A DNA stretch of 64,000 nt from an uncultured Gemmatimonadales bacterium (GTDB taxonomy: Bacteria > Gemmatimonadota > Gemmatimonadetes > Gemmatimonadales > GWC2-71-9), in contig CAVQGA010000003.1 in NCBI GenBank assembly GCA_963711915.1, positions 73,231 through 137,230 of the forward strand, written 5' to 3'. Positions 56,548 to 64,000 of the stretch are shown piece after piece. The position numbers were made by a program, and so were the translations under genes. How positions within the stretch are numbered: position 1 is the first letter of the stretch; the number at the start of each line of letters is the position of its first letter. The notes beneath the pieces are model-generated. The model saw only the letters and a list, made by a program, of their open reading frames with translations, was not told the origin of the DNA and did not search any database.

Positions 56548-58611
56548 TCATATGGGACAGAGAAACTCGGGGTCGAGCTTGACGATGCCGTCGAAGACGG
56601 CCCGCGATTCCTCGACCGGCCGGCCGCGAAGCGGGTTGTAGGTATACAGTGTGGTGGCGAGTTGCCACTGAGCCTCGAGGTCGTCGGGGTAGTCCTGCAG
56701 GATGTCGCGGTACCCGCGCTCGGCCTCGTCGGCCTTGCCCGCCGCGAGTGCGGCGAACGAGGACAGGAGCCGCTGGTCCCGTGCGCTCAGGCGTCCGCCA
56801 AGGGCCACGGCCCGCGCGACGTTCGGCCGGATGAGCGCCTCGCGTCCAGCCCACGCCGCCGCCACCGCCAGCCGGTAGTAGGCCAGCGCGAAGGTGCTGT
56901 CGATCTGTACCGCCCCCTGGAACCCCGCGAATGCCGAGTCGAACTGTCCGCGCCTGAGATCCCGCTCGGCGTCGAGGTAGCTCTTGAGCGCCGCGAGCGA
57001 CCGCGTGGTCACGGCGGCCGTCTGCAGCAGCCGGGATCCTGGGCCGCGCCGCTGACCGACCATGAGGTCCCCGGCAAGGCGGTCGACCAGCTCGAAAAGC
57101 TGTGTCGTGTCGCCGCTCACGCTCGCCTGCGAGAGCAGGGCCGGCTGGGCCGGGGCCCCGTTGTACAGGCTCGCATCGATCCGCACCTGGTTGCCGATCG
57201 CGTTCACGTTGCCGAGCACGAAGAGTCCGGCGCCGAGCCGGCGTGCCAGGCGGCGGCCCTCGTCCAGATCCGCCACGCCGCCGCCCTGCTCGTGCGCCGC
57301 GGCGAGCACCGTGGCACCGTTCACGCTTCGAAGCTCGCCGGCGCCGTCGAGGTTGCGGCTCAGCAGATCCACCAGCCCCTGGGCCAGGAAGTCGAGACTC
57401 TTCCCACCGTGCACCGCGAACGGCAGCACGGCGAGATGGTTCGCGGCCATGGGAGTCGCGGGCGCTGGGCGCAGCTTCCACCAGCCGAGCAGCGCCGCCG
57501 CGATGACCGCCACGCCGGCCAGCGCCGCGCCGAGCCACCGGTGGCGCTTGATCGCCGCCACGCCGCCGGCCGCCACTGGGGAGACCACCGCGGTCGCGCC
57601 GCTGGTGGTCCCCGTCGCCTGCTCCATCGCCTGGGAGAACTGCGCGGCCGTGGCGTACCGGTCGGCCGGCACCACCGCCAGCGCCTTCGTCACCACCTGG
57701 TCCACGGCGTCCGGGACCGTCGGGCGTCCGGCGCGCACGCTCGGCACGGGCTCCGTGAGACGCTTCATCAGGATCGCCTGCACCGTCGGCCCGGTGTACG
57801 GCTGCTCGCCCGCCAGCATCTCGAAGATCACCGCGCCCAGACTGTAGATATCGGAGCGGGCGTCGAGCGCCCGGTCCCCGGTGGCTTGCTCGGGACTCAT
57901 GTACGCCGGTGTGCCGACGCTCATTCCGGTCTGGGTGAGCTGGTCGTCCCCGTCGCCGGCGGCGCCGAGCGCGCGGGCAATGCCGAAATCCGCGACGAGC
58001 GTGTTGCCGTCGCGGGTGAGCAGCAGGTTCTCCGGCTTGATGTCACGGTGAATCACGCCGTGCTCGTGAGCATATTGCAGCGCTTGCGCGGCCTGACGGC
58101 CGATCCGGAGCGCGTCCTCGAGCGCGAGCTGCCGCTCGCGCCGAAGCCGCTCGCGCAGCGTCTCGCCCTCGACGAACGGCATGCTGAACCAGAGATGCCC
58201 GGCGGTCTCGCCCGAGTCGTGGACCGTCAGGATGTGCGGGTGCTGGAGCCGCGCGGCCAGCCGGATCTCGCGCTGGAACCGCTCCGGGCCGAGCGATTGC
58301 GCCAGATCCGGGTGCAGGACCTTGAAGGCGACGGGGCGGTCGTGCTTGAGGTCGGTCGCGAGGAAGACGGTGGCCATGCCCCCGCGACCGAGCTCGCGCA
58401 CGAGGAGATACTGGCCCGCCAACCCGTCCTGGAGCTGCGCGCGCAAGTCGGGCAAGGGGCCTTGGGCGTGAGGGATGGAGCCGATGTCAGTGGCCCAAAG
58501 AATACCGCCGATCCGAAGCGGGTGGTAGCGTCGCCGACCCGAGGGATGCCGCTCCACGGTTCGGTGTGCCGGGCTCCCGTCAATCGCCATCGGTGACGCT
58601 CCATAGCCCAA
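56548..58611 (-). CDS. Ser/Thr protein kinase with TM segment and periplasmic/TPR-like region, terminated by an in-frame TGA
   Basis: Motifs GRGGMATVFLATDLKHDRPVAFKVL, HRDIKPENLLL, DFGIARAL, GTPAYMSPEQ. TM segment WLGAALAGVAVIAAALLGWW. The exact start (58611 vs 58590) is uncertain. Confidence 0.85.
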   Translation of the reverse strand: MGYGASPMAIDGSPAHRTVERHPSGRRRYHPLRIGGILWATDIGSIPHAQGPLPDLRAQLQDGLAGQYLLVRELGRGGMATVFLATDLKHDRPVAFKVLHPDLAQSLGPERFQREIRLAARLQHPHILTVHDSGETAGHLWFSMPFVEGETLRERLRRERQLALEDALRIGRQAAQALQYAHEHGVIHRDIKPENLLLTRDGNTLVADFGIARALGAAGDGDDQLTQTGMSVGTPAYMSPEQATGDRALDARSDIYSLGAVIFEMLAGEQPYTGPTVQAILMKRLTEPVPSVRAGRPTVPDAVDQVVTKALAVVPADRYATAAQFSQAMEQATGTTSGATAVVSPVAAGGVAAIKRHRWLGAALAGVAVIAAALLGWWKLRPAPATPMAANHLAVLPFAVHGGKSLDFLAQGLVDLLSRNLDGAGELRSVNGATVLAAAHEQGGGVADLDEGRRLARRLGAGLFVLGNVNAIGNQVRIDASLYNGAPAQPALLSQASVSGDTTQLFELVDRLAGDLMVGQRRGPGSRLLQTAAVTTRSLAALKSYLDAERDLRRGQFDSAFAGFQGAVQIDSTFALAYYRLAVAAAWAGREALIRPNVARAVALGGRLSARDQRLLSSFAALAAGKADEAERGYRDILQDYPDDLEAQWQLATTLYTYNPLRGRPVEESRAVFDGIVKLDPEFLCPI

Positions 58612-58719
58612 GCCGGCCCGCCCCGGGGCGCTGGTCCCCGGATGGCGACTTGCGGCAGGCGGTCAGGCGTCATACGAATAGAGCACCGACTTGCGACTCC
58701 TCCCCCGCTCCGGTGACAC

Positions 58720-59640
58720 GTGAGCACGCCACTCTCCCGCAGAGACCTCCTGGCCCGGGCAGCCGCGTTCGCCGCCGCGCTCGCGCTCCCGGCCCGGCCG
58801 GCCGGAGAGCATCCCCGGCGGTTCGGCGATCCCGATCGCGAGCGCCTCGCCGACTGGACCGGCGCGCTTCGCACGGCGGGGCCGCCTCGACCGGACGCCC
58901 CGTTCGGCAGTGCCGTGGTGCGTGTGGGCGAGCTTGCCGCGGGCACGCCGTATGAGCCCGGCACCCTGGATGCCTACCTCAGAGCCGGCGCCCGGCCGCC
59001 GCGGACCGAGCCGCTCACGCTCTCGCTGACGCGGTTCGACTGCGTGACGCTGGTGGAATCCTGCCTGGCGGTGGCGAGGGTGGCGGCGGCGGGAGGTGCC
59101 CCAACCTGGGACCAGTTCGGCCGGGCGATCGAGCGCATGCGCTACCGCGGCGGCCGGCGCCGCGGCTACACCTCACGCCTGCACTATTTCAGCGAGTGGA
59201 TCTCCGACGGGGAGCGGCGCGGGCTGGTCCGGGACTGCGGGGCGGAGCTGGGCGGCGTGGAGGACGCGCGTCCGCTCCGGTTCATGACCGGTCATCGGGC
59301 GAGCTACCCTGCGCTGGCCGACGCCGGAATGTTCCAGGAAATTGCCGCCATCGAGCGGCGTCTGGACAGCCACGCCCGTCGCGTGATTCCGACCAAGCGC
59401 ATTCCCCAGGTGGTGGATCGGATCGAGAGCGGTGACGTACTCGCGTTCGCGACCGACATTCCTGGGCTGGACGTGACGCACGCCGCCATTGCCTATAGAG
59501 ACGCCGGCGGCGTGCTGCGCGTGCTCCACGCCCCGCTATCGGGCGGAGTCGTGCAGATCACGCGGACGACCCTCCCCGAGTACGTCGCGGCCATTCGCCA
59601 TGCAACCGGGATCCTGGTCGCAAATCCGCTCTGGGGCTAG
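58720..59640 (+). CDS. DUF1460 (amidase-like) family protein with Tat-type signal
   Basis: GTG start. SRRDLLARAAAFAAALALPA signal. RFDCVTLVESCLAVAR and SRLHYFSEWI are typical of DUF1460. Confidence 0.75.
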   Translation: MSTPLSRRDLLARAAAFAAALALPARPAGEHPRRFGDPDRERLADWTGALRTAGPPRPDAPFGSAVVRVGELAAGTPYEPGTLDAYLRAGARPPRTEPLTLSLTRFDCVTLVESCLAVARVAAAGGAPTWDQFGRAIERMRYRGGRRRGYTSRLHYFSEWISDGERRGLVRDCGAELGGVEDARPLRFMTGHRASYPALADAGMFQEIAAIERRLDSHARRVIPTKRIPQVVDRIESGDVLAFATDIPGLDVTHAAIAYRDAGGVLRVLHAPLSGGVVQITRTTLPEYVAAIRHATGILVANPLWG

Positions 59641-59704
59641 GAGTCCGGCTCGGCGGATGAGACGCCCCGGCCCCAAGCCTGTGCCGCCCCCTGGAGCTAT
59701 GACC

Positions 59705-60145
59705 TCAGGTGACGCCGATCTGATCCAGCAGCGTCGCCATGTCGAAGTAGTGCCGCTGCGCCTTCGCCTTGTCTCCCACGATCTCCATCACGATGCAGGC
59801 CCGGACCTCGATGGGCCTCCCGGTGGCCGCGATCGAACCCTTGGGCGTCTGCAGCGGTCCGGTATGGCTGCCCTTCCAGGTCGCTTCCAGCACCACGGTA
59901 TTCCCGCTCACCAGGGCGCTGTGGATGGTGGCCTTGGAATCGGGGAGTGCCTGGGCCCAGCCGCGCCAGGCGGCGATGGCCTCATCGGCTCCCTGCAGCT
60001 TGCGCCGGGTGCCGACTTCGTCGCAGACGAAGTCCGAGGTAATGCTGGCCTTGACTCGATCCCAGTCTTTGTCGTTGTAGGCGAGAATGGGAGCCTTCGC
60101 CGTCTCGATGAGCGCCTGCGGTGAGAGTGCGGTCGCTTGTGCCAT
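59705..60145 (-). CDS. SnoaL-like / ester-cyclase (NTF2 fold) protein
   Basis: Internal ATG 60145 preceded by GAGGAGG. The pattern ILAYNDKDWDRV...WRGW..ALPD...GNTVVLEATWKGSHTGPL...GRPIEVRACIVMEI matches the family. Confidence 0.75.
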   Translation of the reverse strand: MAQATALSPQALIETAKAPILAYNDKDWDRVKASITSDFVCDEVGTRRKLQGADEAIAAWRGWAQALPDSKATIHSALVSGNTVVLEATWKGSHTGPLQTPKGSIAATGRPIEVRACIVMEIVGDKAKAQRHYFDMATLLDQIGVT

Positions 60146-60244
60146 GCTGCCTCCTCGGGGGTGGGGCGACAACATTCATTCCGGTACTGCGGGTGTCAAT
60201 CGCCGTAGCGGCCGGCGCCCGGTCTCGCTCTCTGGGGCGGAGCG

Positions 60245-60570
60245 ATGCGCGGGCTGATGCCGGGAATCGAGCCGAGGATCAAGGTCAACGTGCTGTATGT
60301 GGCAGGGCTTGATCTCGAGCGGGCGCGGCCGGAGGTCGACCCCCTCAACTTCCTCCCCCGGATCCGGATCCCGACGCTGATGCTCGACGGCCGCGACGAT
60401 TTTCTTCTTCCCCGTGGAGACCTCCCAGGTGCCGATGCTTCGCCTGCTGGGCACGCCGCCGGACCAGAAGCGGTACTGTGGTGGAGGGACGGCGCCATTC
60501 TGTCGCACGCACCCGGCTGATCCAGGAGACGCTGACGTGGCTGGGCAAGTATCAGCCGCTGCCGCGGTAG
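60245..60570 (+). pseudogene. 3'-terminal remnant of an S9/alpha-beta-hydrolase gene with two 1-nt frame disruptions
   Basis: Three frames join to read ...DPLNFLPRIRIPTLMLDGRDDFLLP | VETSQVPMLRLLGTPPDQKRY | VVEGRRHSVARTRLIQETLTWLGKYQPLPR*. The breaks are at the CCCC run 60410-60413 and at T 60477. There is no room for the N-terminal catalytic part. Confidence 0.45.
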
Positions 60571-60585
60571 CCTCGGGCCCGGCGC

Positions 60586-61281
60586 TCACGACGGCGAAAG
60601 GACCGTTCGACACCAGCTCGCGACCGTAACCGCCAGCTCGCCCATCACTTCGTCCTCGCTTCGGCCCGAGCGCTTGAGAACCTCGAACGCGTGGTCCGCG
60701 CCGTCGATCACGTGGAGCGTAGCTCGCGGCCCCAGGCGATCGCAGACACCGGTCATGAGGTCCAGCTCCGCCAGCGCGTCGCGCGTGCCCTGGAGAAAGA
60801 GCATCGGAAGCTCCACGGCTCCAAGATGATCCGCCCGGCGCTCGGCCGGTTGCTTCGCCGGATGGAGCGGAAAGCCAAGGAATGTGAGGGCCGCGACGCC
60901 GGGCAGCGGCCGGCGCGCCTGGGCGTTCGACGTCATCCGGCCGCCGAGCGATTTCCCACCGGCGACAAGCGCCAACCCCGGGAGAGCCTCCCGGGCCGTG
61001 TCCACCGCCGCCCGGACCGTAGCTTCGAGCATGCCGGGCGGGTCGGGGCGCCGGCCACCCGACTCCATGTAGGGAAACTGATACCGAAGCGTGGCCAGGC
61101 CGCGCTCGGACAACTCTCGTGCGATCCGCTCCATGAACCGATGCCGCATCCCCGCGCCCGCACCGTGCGCCAGTACGTAGCCCGCCCAGGCGTCCGGCGG
61201 ACGGAGGAGGATGGCGGAGACTCTGCCGATGGTGGCGCTGACTTCTATCTGGAGGTCCATGTGACCTGAAGGTTCATGCAT
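60586..61281 (-). CDS. alpha/beta hydrolase (COG3571 / KANL3-Tex30-like predicted hydrolase)
   Basis: Start at ATG 61281 (or 61260). Motifs LAHGAGAGMRHRFM, LRYQFPYME, GGKSLGGRM, FLGFPLHP, LFLQGTRD. Confidence 0.8.
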   Translation of the reverse strand: MHEPSGHMDLQIEVSATIGRVSAILLRPPDAWAGYVLAHGAGAGMRHRFMERIARELSERGLATLRYQFPYMESGGRRPDPPGMLEATVRAAVDTAREALPGLALVAGGKSLGGRMTSNAQARRPLPGVAALTFLGFPLHPAKQPAERRADHLGAVELPMLFLQGTRDALAELDLMTGVCDRLGPRATLHVIDGADHAFEVLKRSGRSEDEVMGELAVTVASWCRTVLSPS

Positions 61282-61309
61282 TCGAGTGCCCCAGCGTTTC
61301 GGCCCCACC

Positions 61310-61393
61310 GTCATCCCGAACGCCAGCGAGGGACCTGGCGTGGGAATGGCTCGGACTCGGCCGCAGCAGGTCCCTCGCTGCGCTCGGGATGAC
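61310..61393. repeat. long imperfect inverted repeat (REP/MITE-like palindromic element) in the LigD-hydrolase intergenic region
   Basis: The left arm GTCATCCCGAACGCCAGCGAGGGACCTG (61310-61337) pairs with the right arm CAGGTCCCTCGCTGCGCTCGGGATGAC (61367-61393). That gives 26 paired bases with one mismatch, one bulge and a 29-nt loop. Confidence 0.6.
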
Positions 61394-61400
61394 GGACCCA

Positions 61401-61485
61401 CTTGCTTTCCTTGCCTCCTCCGCCTTCTCCGTCCTCTCCGTCCTCTCCGCCCTCCCCTACCCCACCTCCTCCACCAACTTTCCCA
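61401..61485. repeat. polypyrimidine/polypurine tract with 9-nt direct repeats spanning the LigD stop codon
   Basis: The + strand reads CTTGCTTTCCTTGCCTCCTCCGCCTTCTCCGTCCTCTCCGTCCTCTCCGCCCTCCCCTACCCCACCTCCTCCACC. TCTCCGTCC occurs twice, plus TCTCCGCCC. On the coding (-) strand this is a run of GGAGG-like purine motifs. Confidence 0.5.
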
Positions 61486-64000
61486 ACGCCGCCACCAGGT
61501 CCGGCGACAGCTCGAGCACTGCCGCCAGCGGATCCTCGTCCAGCTTCCGCATCCGCCCCGGCACCGTCTTGATGGTGTGCCGCCGGATATCCAGCGTGCG
61601 GTTGATCTCTCGCCACTTGAGGGGCACCGACACCGGCGCTCCCGGGAGCGGTCTCGCGCTGTACGGCGCCACGATCAGCTTCCCGGACCCGTTTTGGAGA
61701 TAGTCCACGTAGACCCGCCCGTCGCGCTGCGACACCTGGCGTGTGATGGTGGCGATCTTCGGCAGCTGCTCGACCAGGCATCGCGCGAGCAGCTCTCCCA
61801 GCGAGCGCGACTGCTGGTGCGTGCACTGCCGGCCCAGCGGCACGAGGAGGTGCAGTCCGGTCGACCCGCTGCTCTTGACCAGTACCGGCAGCCCGATCCG
61901 GTCGCACAGCTTTCGCGCGGCCAGGGCCAGCTCGACCACGTGCTCGAACGGTGCGCCCTTCGGATCGAGATCCAGCACGCACCAGTCCGGCCGCTCGAGC
62001 GTCGGGGCCCTGCTCGACCACAGGTGCAGCGGAATCGCGCCCAGGTTGATCACGTACAGCAGCGACGCCTCGTCGTCGCAGATGAAATAGTCGATCTCCC
62101 GTTGGGTATCCTCGCTCCACATCCGCTCGGTCCGGATCCACTCCGGCGCGAACCCCGGCGCGTCCTTCTGAAAGAAGGACTTGCCTCCGATCCCGTCGGG
62201 GTAGCGCGTGAGCACCACTGGCCGATTCCGGAGATAGGCCAGCAACCACGGTGCGATCGCGCGATAGTACTCGATGAGATCGCCCTTGGTGTAGCCGTCC
62301 TCGGGCCAGAAGACCTTCGTGAGATTGGAGAAGACGGTCTGACGGTCGGGCGGCCGGACGGTCGGCGGGGCCGGTTCGACATCCTCGCTCACGGCGTGCC
62401 GCTTTGCGGCCGCCGCACCCTTCCGACTGTCTGACCGCTCGACCGTCCGACCGCCCGACCGCACACACTCCTCCGGCGGCTTGTCGTCCCTGAAACGCAG
62501 GAACACCGGCTGCCTCAACACCTCCTCGTCGGTCCACTCGGTGTACTCGACCTCGCATACCAGCGTCGGATCCACCCAGGTCGTTTCCTTCGCGCCCATG
62601 ATCGGGCCCGAGCAGGGCGCGTCGGCGCGCCGACCGTCCCGCAGGGTCTTGCTCACCTCCGCCAGCTGCTTGTCCGTGAAACCGCTGCCCGCGCGGCCGG
62701 CGTACACGAGCTCGCCGTCCACGTAGTCGGCCAGTTGCAGGGCGCCGAAGCCGCCGCGGGATCCCTTGGGCGCGGTGAACCCGACCACCACGAAGTCGCC
62801 CGTCTTCCGTGCGCGGACCTTGAGCCACGCCGGCGAGCGGCCCGCGCGGTAGGGCGCACTGGCCTTCTTGGCCACCACGCCCTCCAGCCCGAGCCGCTCC
62901 GCCTCTCGGTACAGGGCTTCGCCCTCCTCTTCGACGTGCTCCAGGTACCGCAGTGGTCCCAGCGGAGGCAGGACTCGCCGGAGGACGGCCTTCCGGGCCG
63001 TCAGCGGCAGCGGCCGGAGGTCGAAATCCTCGAAGCCGAGCAGGTCGAAGGCGTAGTAGGTGACGGGGATGTTGACGGCGGCGTGACGGATGTCGATCGG
63101 GCGGCGGAGGCGCGCTCGTCCCTGCAGCCGCTGAAAGCTCGGACGGCCGGTCTCGTCGAGCGCCACCACCTCGCCGTCGAGTACCAGCCGGTCGAACGGG
63201 AGCGCGGCCATCGGGCGCAGGAGCTCGGGGAAGCTCGCCGAGTAGTCGTTGCCGTTCCGGGTGAGCAGCCGGGGATCGCCGCCGGTGCGCGTCGCCAGCA
63301 CCCGGTAGCCATCGAGCTTGGGCTCGAACAGCCAGCCCGCGCGCGAGAACACCCGCTCGGCCGGCTCGGCGAGCATGAGCTTGACCGTCGCCGGATCGAT
63401 CGGCCGCCGAGGCGCCCCCAGCCGGACGAGCTCGCTCCGGATGCCGTCGCCACGGTCCCGGCCCCTGCCGAGATCTTCGACGGTGAGCCCGGACAGCACC
63501 GACGCGGCGGGAAACGCGTCCGGCTCCGGCGAGGCCCAGGCGTCCCGCTCCTTGATGAGCAGCCAGTCCTTGTCGGACTTCTTCAACTTCACCAGCGTCC
63601 AGAGCCCGTGCAGCTTGTAGCCGTCGAGCTCGAACAGGAGCTTGCCCTTCGCGAGCCCCTCCAGCGGATCGCCCACAGGCGTCCAGCGGCCGCGGTCCCA
63701 CACGATCACGGCCCCCGCGCCGTAGTTGCCGGCGGGGATCAGGCCCTCGAAGTCGCCGTACTCGAGCGGATGGTCTTCGACGTGGACCGCGAGCCGTTTC
63801 TCCGCCTGATTGTAGGACGGCCCTTTCGGCACCGCCCAGGAGCGGAGCACACCCTCCATCTCGAGCCGGAGATCGAAGTGCAGCCGCCGGGCGTCGTGCA
63901 GGTGCACGACAAACAGGCCGCCGCTCTCGCCGCCTTCGGCGACGGCGCCGGCCGGCTCGGGGGTGCGCTCGAGCGCCCGCTTGGCGCGGTAGGCGTCGAG
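61457..64000 (-). CDS. ligD: multidomain DNA ligase D (PE - ligase - polymerase order), 5' end beyond window
   Basis: PE: HFDLRLEMEGVLRSWAVPKGPS, VEDHPLEYGDFEGLIPAGNYGAG. Ligase: FEPKLDGYRVLA, VLDGEVVAL, LEGVVAKKASAPYRAGRSPAWLKVRA. Pol: FSNLTKVFWPEDGYTKGDLIEYY, RYPDGIGGKSFFQKD, VLDLDP, KSSGSTGLHLLVPL. The frame stays open upstream of the listed Met at 63907 to the window edge (...YRAKRALERTPEP...). Confidence 0.9.
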   Translation of the reverse strand, partial: LDAYRAKRALERTPEPAGAVAEGGESGGLFVVHLHDARRLHFDLRLEMEGVLRSWAVPKGPSYNQAEKRLAVHVEDHPLEYGDFEGLIPAGNYGAGAVIVWDRGRWTPVGDPLEGLAKGKLLFELDGYKLHGLWTLVKLKKSDKDWLLIKERDAWASPEPDAFPAASVLSGLTVEDLGRGRDRGDGIRSELVRLGAPRRPIDPATVKLMLAEPAERVFSRAGWLFEPKLDGYRVLATRTGGDPRLLTRNGNDYSASFPELLRPMAALPFDRLVLDGEVVALDETGRPSFQRLQGRARLRRPIDIRHAAVNIPVTYYAFDLLGFEDFDLRPLPLTARKAVLRRVLPPLGPLRYLEHVEEEGEALYREAERLGLEGVVAKKASAPYRAGRSPAWLKVRARKTGDFVVVGFTAPKGSRGGFGALQLADYVDGELVYAGRAGSGFTDKQLAEVSKTLRDGRRADAPCSGPIMGAKETTWVDPTLVCEVEYTEWTDEEVLRQPVFLRFRDDKPPEECVRSGGRTVERSDSRKGAAAAKRHAVSEDVEPAPPTVRPPDRQTVFSNLTKVFWPEDGYTKGDLIEYYRAIAPWLLAYLRNRPVVLTRYPDGIGGKSFFQKDAPGFAPEWIRTERMWSEDTQREIDYFICDDEASLLYVINLGAIPLHLWSSRAPTLERPDWCVLDLDPKGAPFEHVVELALAARKLCDRIGLPVLVKSSGSTGLHLLVPLGRQCTHQQSRSLGELLARCLVEQLPKIATITRQVSQRDGRVYVDYLQNGSGKLIVAPYSARPLPGAPVSVPLKWREINRTLDIRRHTIKTVPGRMRKLDEDPLAAVLELSPDLVAALGKLVEEVG

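Noticed and set aside
56548-56550. In-frame TGA in the kinase as selenocysteine or an alternative genetic code
   Set aside because: TGA is used as the ordinary stop for many well-defined genes in this window, including the coupled ATGA/GTGA junctions. No SECIS-like hairpin is obvious downstream. The context fits a Trp codon mutated to a stop.
61401-61456. G-quadruplex on the purine-rich strand after ligD
   Set aside because: The G runs are mostly GG with only one GGGG and one GGG. They do not meet the usual four-tract G3+ pattern. The tract is reported only as a polypurine repeat.

Overview
Very GC-rich bacterial chromosomal segment. GC content was not computed. The protein families present suggest a Gemmatimonadota-like organism: Ser/Thr kinases with a 'GGMATV(Y/F)LA' glycine loop, a remnant ending '..NWFEELKAR', DUF2911-TPR, and many lipoproteins. 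This lineage call is inference only. I can support about 50 protein-coding genes. By eye I found no rRNA, tRNA, CRISPR array, transposase, integrase or ku gene.

Main content:
- DNA end-joining genes at both ends of the window. At 1305-3903 (+) the LigD polymerase, ligase and phosphoesterase modules are three separate genes with overlapping stop/start codons. They sit inside a five-ORF coupled cassette that also has an unknown 226-aa ORF and a secreted protein. At 61457->64000 (-) there is a classical fused LigD (PE-Lig-Pol).
- A third ATP-dependent ligase (LigB/Lig1-like) at 23961-25502. It has no canonical start codon and is coupled to a PH+SHOCT protein.
- An 8.8-kb cyclic beta-1,2-glucan synthase gene.
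- A STAS-fusion protein coupled to an ABC permease/ATPase pair that has no binding protein.
- Two paralogous hybrid histidine kinases.
- An MsrA/MsrB pair with signal peptides, M1 and M24 peptidases, and a metzincin with triplicated N-terminal domains.
- A PadR operon with an AT-rich repeat operator.

A recurrent theme is broken reading frames. Several look like single-nucleotide indels, often at CCCC runs. One kinase carries an in-frame TGA. Four loci are clear deletion remnants: a PLD/cardiolipin synthase, a Ser/Thr kinase and two alpha/beta hydrolases. From sequence alone I cannot separate assembly indels from real pseudogenisation.

Many long ORFs in the supplied track are GC-driven shadow frames and were rejected.
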